DNA from: Spirochaetota bacterium
Lineage (GTDB): Bacteria; Spirochaetota; UBA4802; UBA5550
Length of the DNA stretch: 64,000 bases
Direction of reading: 5' to 3'
NCBI GenBank assembly: GCA_050298055.1
Contig: JBNKTL010000007.1
Location: 66,024-130,023 of the forward strand
Part shown: positions 61,043-64,000 of the stretch, piece by piece
Numbering within the stretch: the first letter of the stretch is position 1
How the letters are laid out: every line of letters begins with the position of its first letter
Notes under the pieces: generated by a model
What the model saw: the letters and a program-made list of their open reading frames with translations, nothing else
The model's database searches: none
Told to the model about the DNA's origin: nothing
Translations under genes and position numbers: made by a program

Positions 61043-61577
61043 AATCCATGGAGTAAGAATCATCTTTCCCGATCATCCTCTCCACTGATAATTTAAGGTC
61101 GCCGCCGCAGCTGGAGCAGACTTCAATATCATCCCGGACAGGATAATCATTTCCGCAATAGGGGCACTGTTTGACAACAAGCTTCATATTAAACTGTGAA
61201 AAGAGATAAAAAATCCTCCCGTCCCTGGAGGTCTTCCGGGCAATTCCTGAGTCTATCATCGACTGCAGCTGGAAGTCAAGTGTATCGCTGCTTCCCATTT
61301 CACCGCTGAGCACATCCTCCGGCAGTTCACCATGATTTCTCCCCGCAAGTTTCAGGATTCTCTCCTTTATCACTCCGGGGGAGATTGATATTCCCGCCCT
61401 GAACAGGCGAATTCCCATTACCAGCAGTGATAAACCGAAAACCGAAAGTATCATACCGGTCATAAACCTGTTCTTCTCTTCACCGGCGGCAATGACGAAC
61501 ATCATTCCCAGGACAATGAGCGCGAGCCCGAAAATAATAAGGGCCGCCCCTCCGATTATTTTTTCTGTCATCCCCAC
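61041..61577 (-). CDS. Membrane protein: 2 TM + winged-helix-like region + C4 zinc ribbon
   Basis: Two hydrophobic helices; ILKLA..NHGEL...GRIFYLF; CPYC...CSSCGG. Confidence 0.75.
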   Translation of the reverse strand: MGMTEKIIGGAALIIFGLALIVLGMMFVIAAGEEKNRFMTGMILSVFGLSLLVMGIRLFRAGISISPGVIKERILKLAGRNHGELPEDVLSGEMGSSDTLDFQLQSMIDSGIARKTSRDGRIFYLFSQFNMKLVVKQCPYCGNDYPVRDDIEVCSSCGGDLKLSVERMIGKDDSYSMD

Positions 61578-62839
61578 TGCTCCTTTGTTGTGGAATTCAG
61601 CTCATCGCCCATCTTCGAGAAGAAGTTCTCAATATTTTTATCCGTGAAGACCTTTTTCTCATACTCTTCAAGGGATTGTGAAAATTCTGCGGGGTGGAGG
61701 TTATAGAATTCAACATTAATTTTTGATTCCAGGTCTTTCATTATATCATAAAATTTCAGGGTAAAATCGGGGACATTGATGTCCAGGTTCGGCAGCGAGG
61801 GATACTTGTCCTGCGAGTCCTTAACGGAACGCACGCTTTTAATAAACTCCTTAACACCTTTGGTGAGTCCCTTCATGAGCGCAAGAAAAGAAACCGACAT
61901 TTTCACTCCCTCAAGGAGTTTAGTGTAAACTTCGTTCAGCTCGGCAATCTCTATGAGACTGCCGTCAATATCGGGCCTGTCCTCCGCGAAGCGTTCACCG
62001 CAGTAGAAACAGAAGAAGTTGTTCTTTTTATTCCCTGATCCGCACCTTTTACACTTTGCGGGTTTTTCAGAATTAATTTTTTTCGTTAAATAATCCTCAT
62101 CTCCTTTGAGTTTGTTGAGCGTCCCCGTAAAAGCGGCCTTTTTAATTATCTCTTCCCTGTTCTTCATAATATAATCAATTTTTTCTCTGATCATTGAGAG
62201 TTCAACCTGCGCCCTGTTCCAGGAATTTTTTATTTCCTTCTCTGTTTCTTCAAATGCCCCTGATTTTTCTTCCCACTTGCTCCTGATATCCTCGATACTC
62301 TCCACGTAAGAATCACGGGTCTCTATAAGCTCTTCCTTTTCGTCTTCGATTTTTTTCATTTTAAAGAGGTTGAGTACAAACCCGAAACCTGTATTGAGTT
62401 CATCGATTTTTTTGTTGTAAGCGCCGATCCTCTCTTCACAACGGGTTATATCCTCCTTAAGTTTTTCCTCTTTTTTGTCCAGGGAGGCGTTGTTCCTCTT
62501 GAGCCTTTTCAGGTGAACAATCCTTTTTTCATCGGCACTCTCCATCTCCTCCTGGAACTTCTTTAGGTCCTGCCTGAGCTCTTCAATCTTTTCCCTGTAG
62601 ATCTCCTCCTGTCTCCCGGTCTCGGCAGAGTAGCCGCTCCTTATCTTTTCATGAAAAGAACCGGGATCGCCGAAGAATTCCTTCTGGAGAAAATCGATCT
62701 CACCCTCCCGTATCATGCTGACATTGGAAAAGTTGTTGTTAAAGTACTCCTGGATTTTATTCAGTTTCCCTGTTATTCCTTCAAGGGTGTCCTGGGTCTG
62801 ACCCAGGAACTGAAGCATTCCTTTAAGACTTCCCATCAC
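61568..62839 (-). CDS. Long coiled-coil protein with internal C4 zinc ribbon
   Basis: E/K-rich heptads, hydrophobic turn GFGFVLNLF, CKRC..CFYCG. Confidence 0.75.
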   Translation of the reverse strand: MMGSLKGMLQFLGQTQDTLEGITGKLNKIQEYFNNNFSNVSMIREGEIDFLQKEFFGDPGSFHEKIRSGYSAETGRQEEIYREKIEELRQDLKKFQEEMESADEKRIVHLKRLKRNNASLDKKEEKLKEDITRCEERIGAYNKKIDELNTGFGFVLNLFKMKKIEDEKEELIETRDSYVESIEDIRSKWEEKSGAFEETEKEIKNSWNRAQVELSMIREKIDYIMKNREEIIKKAAFTGTLNKLKGDEDYLTKKINSEKPAKCKRCGSGNKKNNFFCFYCGERFAEDRPDIDGSLIEIAELNEVYTKLLEGVKMSVSFLALMKGLTKGVKEFIKSVRSVKDSQDKYPSLPNLDINVPDFTLKFYDIMKDLESKINVEFYNLHPAEFSQSLEEYEKKVFTDKNIENFFSKMGDELNSTTKEQWG

Positions 62840-64000
62840 TTCCTCCCGGCTGTTTTATACCTTTTATTCCCATACTTTTTACCCTGAGCTTCTTCTCCAT
62901 CTTCCAGAGGGCATTCCTGATCCGGGGGTTTTTCTCCCTTACGGCCTCGATTTCGGAAAAGGAGCCCGCGCTCTCCCAGTAGAGGGGGCATGCCCCTCCG
63001 CAGAGCTTATCATATTCACAGTCACCGCAAACAGGAGGCATATACCTTCGCTCCCTGTAGTAGAGGGCCTCATCGGAATTCCAGATATGCTCAAAGGAAT
63101 GTTTGAGAAGACTGCCCACCCCCCTGCTGTAGCTTGAACAGGGAAGGATCTCCCCGCAGGGGTCCACGGAGAGGAGCCCCGAGATGCACGCGCACGATTT
63201 TGATCCGAGGTTTCTGTCCACCGGGTTGAAGAGGCAGTAGGGCGTGGGCGAGTACCATACCAGTTTGATCCCGATGGCCTCACAGTGCCGGATCACCGGG
63301 TCAATGATCTCACCGATGGAGGTATAGGAAATATTCACGTTCTCATTGTCCCGGGTTATCCCGGTCTTAATCACCATGTTCATTGAGAGATAAGGGGACC
63401 GGAAGGTGTCACTGATAAAATTCACAAGGTCAATAAGGTGCTCCCGGTTCCCCGTACAGATGGTGGAGTTGGTGTGGGTGTAGATCCCCGATTCCTTCAG
63501 GTTCATAATGCCGGATATTGTGGAGTCAAAAGAACCGTCCAGCCCCGTGACACGGTCATGGACAGGGGCGGTATGGCCTTCGAGGCTGACCTGGGCGGAG
63601 TTAAGCCCCGCCTCTTTCAGCCGGGATACGAGTTTCCTGTCACCGCACCTGATCCCGTTTGTGATCAGGTTTGTTCTCATGCCCAGGCCCGAGGCATAGG
63701 CCACCAGTTCGGGGAGGTCTTTTCTCAGTGTGGGTTCCCCGCCGGTAAAGGAGATCGTTGGCACATGGGCTTCATGGTATATTTTATCGATGATCTTTTT
63801 TACATCCCCTGTTCCCATCTCCCTGCTCCTCTCCCCCCTGTAGGGACTGGAGGCGTAGCAGAACTCACACCTGTTCTGGCAGCTGTAGGTCAGGGCGATC
63901 TCGGATATGACCGGGTACTTGATCCTCCCGGGATCAAAATCCACGGGCTCGATCATATCCGCGGATGAAAAGTCCTCGTTGATGATCTTATTGATGTTGT
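62823..64000 (-). CDS. Radical SAM/SPASM protein (5' end beyond window)
   Basis: CQNRCEFC, FTGGEP, TNG, SPASM cysteines CAC..PC..CGDC..CGGAC; frame stays open to the window edge (NINKIINEDFSSAD-MIEP). Confidence 0.92.
   Translation of the reverse strand, partial: NINKIINEDFSSADMIEPVDFDPGRIKYPVISEIALTYSCQNRCEFCYASSPYRGERSREMGTGDVKKIIDKIYHEAHVPTISFTGGEPTLRKDLPELVAYASGLGMRTNLITNGIRCGDRKLVSRLKEAGLNSAQVSLEGHTAPVHDRVTGLDGSFDSTISGIMNLKESGIYTHTNSTICTGNREHLIDLVNFISDTFRSPYLSMNMVIKTGITRDNENVNISYTSIGEIIDPVIRHCEAIGIKLVWYSPTPYCLFNPVDRNLGSKSCACISGLLSVDPCGEILPCSSYSRGVGSLLKHSFEHIWNSDEALYYRERRYMPPVCGDCEYDKLCGGACPLYWESAGSFSEIEAVREKNPRIRNALWKMEKKLRVKSMGIKGIKQPGGSDGKS

Overview
A 64 kb AT-rich bacterial chromosome segment that is mostly housekeeping. 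Gene content and style (spirochaete-type RecJ insert, Leptospira-like T2SS, GpsA-acyltransferase fusion, many lipoproteins) suggest an anaerobic Spirochaetota near the Leptospirae; this is inference. It carries nif3/zinc-ribbon/RNase H-like/recJ, ispF, trkAH, aroQ, cinA, argS, a CHASE2 adenylate cyclase, a gspC-N type II secretion cluster, ispH-ubiA, aroE, folC, gpsA fusion, dnaG-rpoD, an IclR-TRAP-aryl-CoA ligase island and an RRM protein. No rRNA, tRNA, CRISPR array or transposase was seen. Main leads: (1) an uncharacterised radical SAM/SPASM + coiled-coil Zn-ribbon + membrane Zn-ribbon operon cut by the right edge; (2) seven intergenic elements sharing terminal inverted motifs (TAACTACTCAG...CTGAGTAGTTA) around an exchangeable GC-rich palindromic core; (3) a dif-like Xer site next to a diguanylate cyclase, with a possible degenerate partner at its stop codon; (4) several proteins that have lost canonical catalytic residues.
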